Of a stretch of DNA of 64,000 nt, positions 27,171-40,698 are shown one piece after another. The position numbers and the translations under genes are program-made. The notes below the pieces were generated by a model. It was given only the letters and a program-made list of their open reading frames with translations. It ran no database searches and was not told where the DNA came from. Numbering within the stretch: position 1 is the stretch's first letter; every line of letters starts with the position of its first letter. The DNA comes from Lama glama (taxonomy: Eukaryota), in contig CM052817.1 in the NCBI GenBank assembly GCA_028534125.1, positions 74,960,001 through 75,024,000 on the forward strand. Reading direction: 5' to 3'.

Positions 27171-27204
27171 AGCTTTGATATCACTCTAGCTTTGATATCA
27201 CTCT
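27171..27204. repeat. Perfect 17-bp tandem duplication (agctttgatatcactct x2)
   Basis: 27171-27187 is identical to 27188-27204. Confidence 0.95.
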
Positions 27205-27651
27205 CCTTTTCATTCCAAGGATGTTACTGATCATTATCCCCAGAATTTGGTGTTTTTCATTTATTTTTTTTTCTGACAGATCACATTATGTACTTGTGAG
27301 ATGTCTGAGTCCCTGTCTATAGCTTTGAATTTTCTCAACATACACTCAGTAAAGACTATGCCCCTTAGATATTTGTGGAGTAACTTGAGAAATAAAAAAC
27401 AGGTGGTAATTTTTTCCTTATGAAGCAAAGGCTTCTTGGAAAGGGCTTAGTTAGACAGTTGTTTATTCACTGTCATCAAATATTTACCAAGTGCCTATTA
27501 TATGCCAACTTCCAAGGGTGGTGCTAGAGATATAATAATTGACTTATTAAATTTATTTAACAAAGAGTTTACAGTACTCATTATATACTGTATGTCTTTG
27601 CAACTGGCAGACCGGTGACTTAAGCAGAGAGTTGGCCCTCTGTTTCTGTGT

Positions 27652-27904
27652 CAGTGGTTCCCAAACTTTTTCCATTCACAGCACTTTCCGTGTCTCAGTA
27701 AGTTATTTCATGGTATCCCTAGACCAAGGGAAATAGCCAAAGTTCCATTATTACATGTTTGGTTTCTCAAACCTGATAATGGCAGTATCTGTGGTACCTG
27801 GCAGATGTCCCTGTGTTTCTCTCAAATATTTGAAAGATCCTGTGGCACTCCTGGAAGGTTACTGTGCACCCCAGGTACTGAGGTACACAGTTTGGGAAAT
27901 GCAG
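27652..27904. mobile_element. hAT-Charlie non-autonomous DNA transposon (Charlie7a/MER119-like)
   Basis: Terminal inverted repeats cagtggttcccaaact ... agtttgggaaatgcag. Internal gtgtctcagtaa and cagatgtccctgtgtttc motifs. Confidence 0.8.
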
Positions 27905-28449
27905 ATTTAACTTGTTTAACCCACTACACATGCTGCTTACATATAAAAAACAGTACCTACTCTTTGTCTGGACTCGGACCATAAAGAAACCACAAATATC
28001 CTATCAATTTAAAAATCACTTTTAAAAATCAAGTCAAGATATAAATAAAATTATAGCCAAAATTCAGAATGAAATCCAATACTGTGTCCTTCAAAGTACT
28101 GGTCCTCAGTCATGGTCTTCTACCAATACACTAGAATGTGTGTCACAGTTGGTAGAAGTAGTATAAGAATGTTTAGTATGAGCTACAGTCCCCAAGGTTT
28201 GAGAATGAGGTATATTTTAAAAGTGGCATAAAGTTGATTCAAAGTTATCACTAAAATGTACTTTTATTTCTACATATTTTATTGACTGGAGAAAATAAAC
28301 TATTATATGTATATCCAGCTCATCAGGAATTGCTCAGTATTATCTTTATACAAGATACATTTATGAGTAGTGGTAATATACAACTGTTCACCAGGGGCCA
28401 TATCTTTTGCCAAAAAATGAAGTCAAGAACCACAGTTTAGCATTTCATA

Positions 28450-28640
28450 AAGGCAGCATGATGAAGTGAAGACCATGGATTTTCAGTATGAGAGACCTGG
28501 ATTAGAGTCCTGGATCAATCAATGAAATAACTGTGAGATCACGGACAAACTATCTAATGTCTCTTAGAACATCACTTTCCTCATCTGTCAGATGGGCAAA
28601 TAATATTCATAACTTGTTCTGAATTAAATAAGATACCAAG
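28450..28640 (+). mobile_element. MIR SINE
   Basis: aggcagcatg...agacctggattagagtcctgg...ttcctcatctgt. Confidence 0.75.
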
Positions 28641-28844
28641 AATGCTTATTGCTTGTCACACATTACTAATGAAATAAATACTGAATAAATGAAATAAAGA
28701 AGGGATATTGTTGAAAAGGTTACCTCATGAAATATTATATGAGTAATATAATCAAAATGCCATGGTATTTCCAAGGAAGGAGAAATTACAGCTTGAGGAA
28801 TCAAAAAAGATGTTATAGGAGTAGCTTTTGAGGGCAGCTTAGAG

Positions 28845-29020
28845 CAGTGACTTTCAAAATTTTTACCATGACCACAAAACCGCATTTTTATATGACTCAT
28901 TAAAGCTTTGCTGGCAAAATTTTAATATACTCAGAATAATAATTTGCTTTCATATTTGATGCATCTTGCTTACAACGTACTAAATTATTTTTATGTCACA
29001 TAATTTGAAAGAAACTGATT
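28845..29020. mobile_element. hAT-Charlie MITE remnant
   Basis: Degenerate terminal inverted repeats cagtgactttcaaa ... tttgaaagaaactg. Confidence 0.5.
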
Positions 29021-29399
29021 TAAAGTATGGACAGAAACTGAGTCAGATCAGAACTTTTATTTCAGAATCAAATTGTACACAGGGATTGATTCTTCTAAGA
29101 GTATGGTGGGTTATATGCAGATGTTGACAATAAAATTACAATAAGATTTGGAACACATTACAATGGCATATATATTTCACATTGGTGTGCTCACTAAAAT
29201 TAAGAGAAGAAAGACTAAAGATTCGGAGTAATAATCTCACACACATACACACGTATAAGCTGAACCACGAGCAGGAAGCAATAAGAGGAAGTCAGTGAGT
29301 AGGGGGAGGTACTGGTAAAGGGTGCTTTTTCCGCTAGGGCAAATATCCATGTTAGTATTCTATAGGGAAACAAAATAAATCTCAGAGCGATGGCAAGAT

Positions 29400-30050
29400 G
29401 GAGGGGGTCAACCAGAGAGTTTCTAATTAAATCAGGCTCATTTATAAGAGCCAAAATATTCCAAGTCAATTGTTCCTACTGATTCAGCAGTAGGAGAAAA
29501 CACAAATCTTCTCAGATGAGAAGCATCTCCAAGTTTAGACCCCACATATTTTCAAAGATTAAACTCAAAATCAAATGTTCCAAACACATAAGGAAACGTG
29601 AGTAAAAGTCAGCAGTGGGGGAGGGAAAAAAAAGATTTAGACCACCAAGAACACTGGATATTGGAGTTATTAGATGAACAATACAATATAATTATGTGTG
29701 AATGTTTAAGGATAGACAGATAAATTAAGCAAGTAAAATGAGACCAAAAAAGAAAATGACCAGGTAAATTTCACAGAAATGGCTAAGAAACATATGAAAA
29801 GATGCTCAAACTCATTAGTAATCATGGCAATGTAAATTAGCTCACAATGGATGCTATTTCACACCCACTAGATGGGGAAGGATGAAGGTCTGGAAATGTT
29901 AAGTGTTGGCAAGAATGCGAAGCAATGGAAACTTTTATACTCTCCTAGAGGGAATGAAAATTAGTAGAATCACTTTGTAAAACAGTTTGGCACTAATTGT
30001 AACAATGAACATGTGCATCCTCTACAACTTGGCAATTCTACTCCTAGAAA
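29400..30050 (+). mobile_element. Old L1 (L1ME-like) fragments
   Basis: aaacatatgaaaagatgctcaaactcattagtaatca...aagtgttggcaagaatg...gcaattctactcctag matches the 3' part of L1 ORF2. Confidence 0.75.
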
Positions 30051-30619
30051 AACTCTAATGAGGTCTAACAAGAGAAACCTACCAAAATGAGAACCCAGGT
30101 TTTTACATTCAAAGTTGGAGGGGAAGGGGAAAATAAACCTCCCTTATAGAAGAGGAACAAGGAAATCTGCCTAAGTGGTGGGGAAATTAGCCTGGGTGGT
30201 GGAAGAAGTTGGGACCATAAGCCAATCCTCAGAGATCTGAAGTGCAAAATCATACTACATATGCTGTACAAAAACCCTCCCTGGGTAATTTAATTAAGAT
30301 TATCTTTTGTTGATCATGCCCCTAGGAGATTGATGTAAGTGAATGTAGATCTCTCAGAGGAATTCAACTTCAACTGAGTCTTCTAGTCACTTCCATAAGA
30401 ATATTTTATGAAAGGAATGGCTGTGTTTTTAGATATGAAAGCTATTTAGGGACACCCTCTCATAAGGATGTTCTAGATCTTGCAGTCTCACATAATAGAA
30501 GGAAAAACTGATGGGGGAAAGAGAAGGGAGAATTGCTGGAGCAAAGTCCATGAGCAATGAACTCCATACTGAGCTACTAATTCTAGAAATGGCAAAGGAT
30601 TGGGGTTATGTATAGTTGT

Positions 30620-30950
30620 AGTAGGTCTCTTGATGTCTTGCTAATGGTCCACAGCTGTTTCCTTCTCTGGTTCCTTCCTTCTCTAGTCTAGGCCAAACAG
30701 GAGCCTACTTGCCCAGTCTGTTTATGAAGAGCCACCCGCCTACCTTACCCTCATCCCAGGTCAGTGGCTGTGAAGCAGCTCATGCCTGATTTCCCCTTGG
30801 GAAAAGACTAACGCTGATTACGAGCTGAGACCCTTCCTCTTCACCTTGACCTGCCCTAGCCTGCCTCCATGTTGTCCTCCTCCTGAGCCCTTCCTCAATA
30901 AAGCTCTTGAAAAACAGTTCTCTTGTTTCTAGGGAGCCCAAACTACACTA
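30620..30950 (+). mobile_element. Old ERVL LTR fragment
   Basis: cttcctcaataaa...tttctagggagcccaaactacac resembles LTR16-group 3' ends. Confidence 0.45.
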
Positions 30951-33068
30951 ACTTCGGGGGAATAACTGTCCAGATCCTTCTTTCACATGTTCTTTTTATT
31001 AAAAATATATTTAGTACTTGCCTGCATTCATGGTAGTCCTTCTGCTACTCAGTAAAAGACCCGTTGCCTCAGTTGTGTTGTACTGTGGTACGTTTTCCCA
31101 AGGTGGAAACTTCTTGGTGTATATGGGGGTGGCCAAAGGGATAATTCATAATACTGATTTTATGATAGCCTCTTTTAATCATTAATCAATATCAAAAACA
31201 CATCAGGTTTTTGATTTTTTCCTGTTTGGTATGTGTGTATGTATCAGATAGATGATTCATACATACATATATAGATTTGGTATTAAGGGTAACTTCTGTT
31301 AAGCCAGTATTTGTTGGAACATTATTTAGAACTTTGAAAAATGGGGTGACAGGAGTAATGACAGTTGTTTATTAATATATGTTCCATTTCTGAATTACTG
31401 TCAAAGAATTCATTGCACTTGACAGAAAGTCCACTGAGGGCAAATCAAAGAGAAAATCATCATGAAGCATTAATTCCCAAAATGACTTCATTTTCACATA
31501 TTTAAATAAGTATATTTCAACTAATTTTGAAATTCCTCCCAAGTTTGTACCTTTAGTCAGACTATAAAATATATTCTAACAGCTTAAGCACTTAGTGGGA
31601 TTCATTTTTTAAAATAGAATAGGAATATTTTCCAAGACTTCTAAATTTTGCAAGATATAATAGATGAAACCTCCAGAAAAAAAGTATGTAAGTGTGAATT
31701 TCTTTCATCTGTAGTAGTAAGATACTTAAAAACTATGTTATCAGTTATATCACAAAATTATCCATTAGAGTCTATTACTATTTTTCATTTTAAAATATTT
31801 AATATTTTTAAAACCTGTTAAAGTAAAATTATGTGATATTTCAGACCCACTATGTTTTAACAGTATACATATTTATTTTTATATAACTTACAGAAATTAA
31901 TAGGATTCTTTCTGAGTTTTTATATCACTATTATTAGTAAGTATTATGTTATTATAATATTATAAATATTCCCCAAGCCAAATACTGGATAGACAGGCAC
32001 ATGTTTAACCAAAGGAAAAGTAAGACTTTTAGCATATTGTTTGTCTTGCTCCATCTATAATATTCTAGTTACACATTATTAGCATTATTATAAATTAGTC
32101 ATGAGAATAGCACACGTATTTATCATTTCCTTATAAGGATAATGAAGTTAGATCCATCTGATTTTAATTCTGCTTGCTGTGTAACCTATTTCACAAGATG
32201 TGTCTTTAATTTATTTGAGTAGTTTTTAATATTATGATGAAAGTATTTTTTAAATTTAATAATGAAGATAGACTTTTCTAAGAGTAAATAAGTATGATTC
32301 AGTTGATAGTTCTGATAGTGAAGACTGCCCATGCCAAATAGTTTTAATGGAAGATATGCTGAAGAAATTAATTGAGCCAAATCTACAGCTCCATAGTTGT
32401 GATGGCTATATATCTATGTCTCCCTCTCTAATTTCCAATTTAAAAATCCTATGAAAAAATGCATTGTTTAAATTGAAATAAAATTAAAAATATTTTTATT
32501 CTTCGAATACTTCCTGAGTGTACGAGATTAAACAAAATGGCATCATGTAAATTGTAGTATGCAAGTAGTTTTGTGATAAATGTGGGAAAGTATTTTTGTG
32601 CTTTTTCCAGAAACTTAATAAAGAATGGACTCTAAGGATCGGGTATACATTCTGTTATAGAGCAGGAGGTTTATAATTTTTTACCTGAAAAAAGTTGAAG
32701 GAGCATGTAACCTAATCAAGTTTTTAGCTGACAGATCTTTAAAGAGAATTTTTTTTTTCCTTTGGAATGAGAGATTGTTCCCTGGGTTTTTTTAGCATCT
32801 CATTTGGAAGCAGTTAAAAGAATTGAATCGTTTTGCTAAAGGACAACTTCCAATTCGAATTACTTAGTTATACAAACAAGGCTTTTAGCATTACAGTTAT
32901 GAAAACAAAAGGTAGAAAGAACTGATATTGAACTAATCTGTTTCTAAAATAAATCAAATTTATTCATGAAAACATAAACTCATTGAAAAAAAGGCTTCGT
33001 TCAGCATCCTTAAGACATCATTTCAAATAAAATATTTTATGCTTACTAATTCCTTTTCAAAGTTTATA

Positions 33069-33568
33069 NNNNNNNNNNNNNNNNNNNNNNNNNNNNNNNN
33101 NNNNNNNNNNNNNNNNNNNNNNNNNNNNNNNNNNNNNNNNNNNNNNNNNNNNNNNNNNNNNNNNNNNNNNNNNNNNNNNNNNNNNNNNNNNNNNNNNNNN
33201 NNNNNNNNNNNNNNNNNNNNNNNNNNNNNNNNNNNNNNNNNNNNNNNNNNNNNNNNNNNNNNNNNNNNNNNNNNNNNNNNNNNNNNNNNNNNNNNNNNNN
33301 NNNNNNNNNNNNNNNNNNNNNNNNNNNNNNNNNNNNNNNNNNNNNNNNNNNNNNNNNNNNNNNNNNNNNNNNNNNNNNNNNNNNNNNNNNNNNNNNNNNN
33401 NNNNNNNNNNNNNNNNNNNNNNNNNNNNNNNNNNNNNNNNNNNNNNNNNNNNNNNNNNNNNNNNNNNNNNNNNNNNNNNNNNNNNNNNNNNNNNNNNNNN
33501 NNNNNNNNNNNNNNNNNNNNNNNNNNNNNNNNNNNNNNNNNNNNNNNNNNNNNNNNNNNNNNNNNNNN
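33069..33568. other. Assembly gap (500 N)
   Basis: Run of N. Confidence 1.
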
Positions 33569-33720
33569 CAGGGAACTCTATTCAATATCTTGTAGTAACA
33601 TATAATCAAAAAGAATATGAAAACAAATACGTGTATATATATTGTATGATTGAAATATTATGCTGTGCACCAGAAATTGACACACTATATATCGACTATA
33701 CTTCAATAAAAAAAAAAGAA
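33569..33720 (+). mobile_element. Young L1 3' end with A tail (5' part lost in the gap)
   Basis: cagggaactctattcaatatcttgtagtaac...tgctgtgcaccagaaattgacaca...ctatacttcaataaaaaaaaaaa. Clearly related to the copies at 17760-17950 and 36200-36378. Confidence 0.87.
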
Positions 33721-34307
33721 ATTATGTAAAACATGCTCTATGCTCTTTGTTACACCCATACAAAATAATCAATTCGTAATGTGTAGGAGTCTTTATGGCT
33801 CATTATAGCACCTCTAGTCCATTATTTTTATTTTACAGGTGAAGACATTGAAACCCAGTGACTATAAATGAGGTGGTTTTGTGTAAAATTCTATCAGAGC
33901 TAGGTCTAAAATCTGACTTTTCTGATTATTGGGGTCATTGTTTTATTTCTTCCTTTTTAAAGTGACTTTTTTTCAATATGTTGTTTTCATGTATTCCTAC
34001 CAACTTCCACACAGTTCATATTTTTCCTCCTTTTAGATTACAAATGAAGTGATTTTTTAAAGTTTTACTCTTCCATATGCAAGAAAGATCTTAATAATAA
34101 TTGTTGGGGTCTGTTCTATGTCAACGCCCTGGGAAACCACAATCCTCAAACATGTAAGTATATTTCACCAAAATTAAAACTTTTCTGAGGGTATCAATTA
34201 TTGCAAATATTGCAAAATGACCTCTGGAAGCATGTAAACAGATAAGAGTCTAGTTAATCATAAATTATATCTACTTACTTGGCACATATTGCTTTAAAAG
34301 TGAAGCA

Positions 34308-34334
34308 TCTCTCTTTCTCTCTCTCTCTCTCTCT

Positions 34335-34390
<56 letters not shown>

Positions 34391-34396
34391 CACACA
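34308..34396. repeat. Compound (CT)n(CA)n microsatellite
   Basis: Seen directly in the sequence. Confidence 0.95.
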
Positions 34397-35985
34397 GACC
34401 CCACTGCTGAGAACATGTCTGTTGATTTTTAATGGAATGAAATACTTTAGAGACTGCCCAGAGATATTTATGGTACTTATGGTCCTGGCCATGCTTTAGA
34501 AGAGTGCTTTCAGTTCTCAAAGGAATAATGATGTCATTTTATGGGAAACTTTGTTTTCATCTTCAACAATAAATTAAATAGAATTATAGTTTGTAATACC
34601 CTAATCACGCTTGGTTATTGTGTCTATGAATCTTAGCAGGTACTACTGGGAGGAGACATGCACAGCTTGTGAGCGCCATAAAGGATTCGTAGTCTGTGTT
34701 TGCATGTTTCTCTCCAAATGGACTGTTATTAGTCACAATTCTAAAATATGAGATGTCAGATGTTACACTATATTAAATTCTTATGACTGTAGAAATAAGT
34801 AGGTTATACATGCCTCGATAATATAAAGTCTTCAAATAGGAAAATACTATGGATCTGTAATGCAGAAAATCCTATTCCAGTAGCAAATCCCCAGATTAAT
34901 CAGTGGGAAATGGTTTCTTAGAGTGACAGACTGCATTTTATTTAGATTGTACGCATTTTAGAAAATTGTTCTAAGTACCTCTGAACTTACCTAAATAAGA
35001 ATATGCTTTTATAATTTCAAGCTAAACAATTTTTTATAGATAGAATTCTTTTTAAAATTGCAAGATTTTACTTAACTAAGAGTTGTTCCCTGGTTTCCTA
35101 TATTTTTCCCCCAAAACAGTAAGTTATTATTTAAATTTTCTAGTTTTATTAAATTCTTATTTGCTTTTATTACTTTTAGTTTTAAATGTGTCCCTAGCTA
35201 TAGTTCAAAATTCAGAGCCTCTACATACTGGTTATCTAAGTTATATAAAGCATATATTCCTGTAAATTTTATGGGAAAACTGGGCTCTGGCTTCCCAAAC
35301 ATTGAAGGACTGGCTTAAAATTTACATGAATCCAAACCTAAATACTTTTCCATCTCCAGTTTTTTTTTTTTTTATCAGAATTGTCTGCAGTTGCTTCACA
35401 AGCCAGCTCTGTTGATAGGCAATCAGACTGAAACAGCATTTTATCTCCTATAGTTTTTACCCGACTCCTCTCAGAAGACACACAGAGAAAGTTATAGATA
35501 TAAATTTTCATCTTGTATTTTTCCAGGATACAGTCCTTCATTCACCTTTTCATTCATTCAAACCAATATTCAGTGGATTCTATAAACATTGTACAGCGTT
35601 GGCAGCTTCATTCCAACCCACTTAGCATGATTATTAAGAACCTGCTGAGAGAAAGGTATTTAAGAAAGAGGATAATCACTTTGAACTTTGTCTTGATTAC
35701 TAGTGTAGAAAAGCCACATAATTAATGCAGATGTTAAATACAGATGTAAACCAAGTTAACAAACAAACCAAGAATATTTTATGCCAAAATGTCACTGTAT
35801 GACTTACACAAAAGATAGTTGTTTATAAGGAAACAAGGCCATTTATTCCATACTAGAGTCCAGTCGAAAAAATCAGGGTGGCCAGCATATTGCTGAACTT
35901 TCAATAAATGGACACTCCATCATACATTATGGGAGATTAGTATATCAACCGCCAATAAAACTGAATGAGAGACACTTTTCTCCCA

Positions 35986-36378
35986 CTAAGTGAAGTAAGT
36001 CAGACAGAGAAAGACAAATATCATAAAATATCACTTGCATGTGGAATCCAAAAAAGATGACACAAATGAACTTATTTACAAAACAGAAAGAGACACACAG
36101 ACATAGAAAACAAACTTATGATTACCAAAGGTGAAAGGAGAGGGAAGGGCTAAATTGGGAGCTTGGAATTAGTAGACACAAATCACTATATACAGAATAG
36201 ATAAACAACAAGGTCCTACTGTGTAGCTCAGAGAACTATGTTGAATAACTTGTAATAACTTATAATGAAAAACAATATGAAAAGGGTATATATATGTATA
36301 AATGAAACACTACTATACTGTACACCAGAAACTAACACAACATTGTAAATCAGCCACACTTCAATAAAAAACAAAAAA
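35986..36378 (+). mobile_element. 5'-truncated L1 (about 390 bp) with A tail and target-site duplication
   Basis: ctaagtgaagtaagtcagacagagaaagacaaata...cttcaataaaaa. Flanked by agagacacttttctccca (35968-35985) and agaaacacatttctctca (36379-36396), 15/18 identical. Confidence 0.92.
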
Positions 36379-36574
36379 AGAAACACATTTCTCTCAGTGC
36401 CAGTGAGCAGCAGATGCAGACGATAAAGGCAATGTTAATAAGATCTTGTTGTCTGATTTATAAAGAAATCTGGATGGTAACCACTAAAGAACATTCTAAC
36501 CAGTAGTAAAGACTTAATAGTGGAATTTCAAAAAAAATATACTCAATGCATAGACTTTTTCTTTAAAAATGGTG

Positions 36575-36685
36575 AGAATGGTGGTAATTATTTTGCAATA
36601 TGTAAGTGTATCACATCATCATGTTGTATGCCTTAAACTTACACAACGTTATGTGTCAATTATATCTCAATAAAGCTGGAAAAAC
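36575..36685 (+). mobile_element. L1 extreme 3' end (L1MA10/L1MB-like)
   Basis: catgttgtatgccttaaacttacaca...tgtcaattatatctcaataaagctggaaaaa. Confidence 0.8.
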
Positions 36686-39600
36686 TGATGTGGTAACTGT
36701 CTCAGGACTCCACATTTTATTATTTTCTGGAACCTAATTCTGTCTCCTTTTCCATGCCATACCCTTTTCTGGGTGATTTTCACTGACTATTAAATCCTCA
36801 GTCTGCTGTACTCCCAGAACATTTTATTATGTGCTTGGGTAGTTCTGACACTTGAATAATAAACACAGTCACACACAAAATGATACTCAAGGACATGAAC
36901 ATTTTCCTGGGGAGGCAGATATCAGGTGTACTATTTACTGAAACTGTTGTTACAATAACTAGTACTGTCCTACCATGCACGTACAGTGTTAGGAAAAGTA
37001 CAGTCATCTGATGAAGAGAGTGAGGGAATATGAATCTAGATAACATGGCTCCTCCCAAATGCCACTGATCTCAGCTTTTTAATCAATACCATACTGGTTC
37101 GTCAGCTTCCCGTAACTACTCAGTCATGACAATGTTACTGCCCCTTCTTACACTGAGGGACATCTACCTCAATATCTAAAATGTCTTTGTGCAGTTATCT
37201 CAGATATGAAAACATAATGGAGCCTAATTATGTTGGCTCCCAGTAAAGAATCCTGTATCTACTTAATCTTTAGGTGTCTTACCCATTGAATTTCTCTAAA
37301 TGCTAACAAGTCACTATTTAAACAAATTACACTAAACTAGAGACCCAAGTTTTTAAAAAGTTTTTTAAAAGGAAAAAAGTAACAAGAATGATTAAAGTTT
37401 AAAATTTTGTAATATTTAATAATATAAATATTTACAATATTTAAAGCATGATCTATCTAAAGATATGAAATGGTATAAAAAGATAAGACATGGTAGGTTT
37501 ATTTTCACTATAAGAATCACAGGAGAACTAGACAAATAAACAGAACCTTGTATGTATTGTGATCCAAGAAATCACTGGAGTCACACACTTGCATGAGTTT
37601 CACTAAGTAAGAAAGGAGTATCAGACAAAACGTCATTGAATGGAATCATTTTCTTTGTGATTTGGTGCCTTTATCTAGGGCAGTATTTTTTAAACTGGAT
37701 TCCTTGGATTTATTTTAGTGAACATACAAGATTTCTGTTATAATCATATATGACACATAATTTTGTATTTTATTTCAATGATAGTCTTTAACAGTATCAT
37801 CATATTTCAGATCAAATAGAAATATGATTACCAACAATTTTGATGTTATATAGATTTAAACAGACATGCTTCAAAATGTAATTATTAGAAAAGTGAGATG
37901 AAACCTAAAGAGTTGAAACCCAAATGTTTTCTCTTGGCATTCCAATGGGGTGCACCCACTTCCTCTGTAGAGTGCGGATCCAAACACTGAGGGCAGCCAA
38001 TGGCCTGTTATGAGCCTTATGGTGTAGACCTGACAATTACATATCAAGAATTTCCTCATATCTCACTATTATATGGAAATCTTAGGTCCTTGATTCTTGT
38101 TGTGGTCCCTATCCCTCAGCTGATTATTTTATAAAAGTCAGAAAAACCAAAACTCAAATCTCCTTTGACCTGGAGTGCTCCTTATTCCATTACAGTTTCT
38201 TTGCTTATTGTAAAGTCCATGCATACCCATGACGGAATAGATAGCTGTCCTCCTCATCATGTTATTAACTTGTACAAAGCTTCTTACTGTTGTATTTTTC
38301 ATTTGGAAATAAACTAAAAAACAAGCTTGATCTGAATTCAAACTGTAACTCATGTCAGTTCTTGAGTCCAAACAGATTTTGTGGTCTCGCTTAACTTTCC
38401 AACTCATGGCCTAGTCCAGGTAGTATTACTGCCTAACCTGGGTCTCTATTTTAGTGCAATTTGTGCAAGTGGTACCTATTTGATTCTGTAAGTTAATGAG
38501 AAAGGACACAGGGATAATTAATAAATAACTAGTAGGATGACACCAAGCAAAGGCCAACAGGATGTATAAATGAGTCACTGATGCCAAGAGAAAGTTTGAG
38601 GACACTGAACTTAAATGAGTCTCTGCACAGATGTACCACATTCACACTGCTCAGGTTACTCACATTGTAGGAAATAATTAAGTAGTAACATCTTCTATCA
38701 CTTAAATTAATGTTTCAAATTTTAATACTGACTGTGAGTTAACCTTGTTTTTATGTGAATTACAAATGGGGGGTTATAACTGGATACAGACTACGAGTTC
38801 ACTTTTAGTTTAGTATTAACAAATATTGTAGTATAAACTTGATTTAAATTATCACTGTGGTTTATAATTATTTTTCTTTAAAAGGGACCAGTAAAACATT
38901 CAAATTTGACTAATAATGCAATTAATAGCAACTTGCATTAAAATCCTAAGATTAGCTTATACTTTTTAAAAGAATACAGTAACCCCCATAGGCCTCTAAA
39001 TGAGTTGTAATCTTGTAAGGGTGATGGTGGTATTGACAGAGTTAACTTAGTTTCAGAAGACTCCTGATTTGTCTTGGAGGTTCTTTCCAATTTAATTTTA
39101 AGTTTCTCAACCAGGGAGCAGCTCAAATGATTTGTAGTTTCATAAAGCATTCTGAAAGGCCATTTCATTGGCCATAGGAAATAAACTCAGACTCAGATTC
39201 CGTCTACCCAGTCTATGATAGAATGCCACTTTCACAATGTGCCACACAACTTTTATTAGAAATTGTTGTATCACCATAAAACCAAACTCTTCACTATATT
39301 TCTGGTCATGCTCAGTGAATAAATATTTATACTACGATTTAAGCATGGTTTATAGACTTGCAAGACCATGGATCTTAATGTTAACATGATCTCTTTATTT
39401 CCGAAGACTAATTGCTCATTTTCTAAGAAATTTCGATTACAGAAAAAGAAATCCTTCGTGCCTCTGGATGCTTTTAATCAGAGGTTTCAATTCTGAAAGC
39501 TAAGCTATTGTAAGTCCTAATATCAACAACAAATTCTGGTAAGAAAAAGTAACACCATTTTGGGTTATTTTTCTGCTCTTTTGTGTGTTTTCATCCTTTC

Positions 39601-40561
39601 TTTTTCTTACTCTCACAAAGACACCCATACCCCCCACCCCCACACACATTCAGTTTATGGTAAAACAATCTTTATAAATTAAAATGTCAATTTAACTGGA
39701 ATTGTTACTCATAGATCACATACTTCAGGCAGCATTTATTTCCCTGAGGATTCTAACATTAATAAAAATAGAAATGTCTTACATTTCCATATTAGTATAG
39801 GCATAGTTATAAATACTTTAAATGGTTTTAATGTAATGCCCCTGGCTTACTATTTGTATTTAGTCTTTTTCTTTCCCCCTCCACACACATTTGTTCATAA
39901 AGAGTCTTTGAAAAAGACTTGGAACAAAATCTATCACAAATATGACCATATCAAGTATTAGTTTAAACTTAACATCTAGACTCTCAGATATGGTAGGCTG
40001 CCATTCTTGAAGCTGCTATTATTAATAATGATCAGGCCAGATTACACCGTCGTGTCAGTGGCTTGGTGAACTATGCATCATAGCCTCTTGGTCATCTAAG
40101 CTTGAGAAAATTCCAAAGATGAAGGCATCAGACAACAGATTATAGCAGATTATATGTTGCCTAATAGGAAGACATCAGCATATTCAGTGTACAGGAATAG
40201 GTACTGTCAAATGAGGAGGTGGTCAATGGTCAATGCAAGAGTTGATATTTTGTATTAATATACTGCTGAATGGGAGGAGGAGTAGTACACTGTATTGTAG
40301 TTACTTCAACCAAGGTGACTTACAATACGTAGTAAATCGGCCGTGCGTAACCGCAGAGCTTATGCTGCTTCTGCTTATGAGCAAGAGTGGTCCTCGGTTA
40401 GCAAATATGTTAATGGAGGTACAACTGTTCAGCAACCTCAGCCCATGAAAGGGCAAAGATTGGAAGGGAAGAGGAGATAGCTAAACAAAGAGCTGTTTAA
40501 GTTGTTCTTGATAAAGGCAGTCAACTGTCAAATCGGCAGTCTTGGATGAGCATTAAGCAAG

Positions 40562-40698
40562 TGAAAGGAGGGAAGAGAAAGAGAAGCAGAGGGAAAGGAG
40601 GAGAAAAAGAGAGGAGGAGGGGGAGGAGGATGAGCAGGCAGAAGGAAGAGGAAGGGAGGTGAAGAGGGAAAAAGTAAGGAGGAGGGGAGAAGAAAGAG
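40562..40698. repeat. Polypurine (GA/GGA-rich) low-complexity tract
   Basis: About 135 nt that is almost entirely A and G on the + strand. Confidence 0.9.

Noticed and set aside
33039..33609. 188-aa and 181-aa ORFs
   Set aside because: Artefacts of translating through the N gap.
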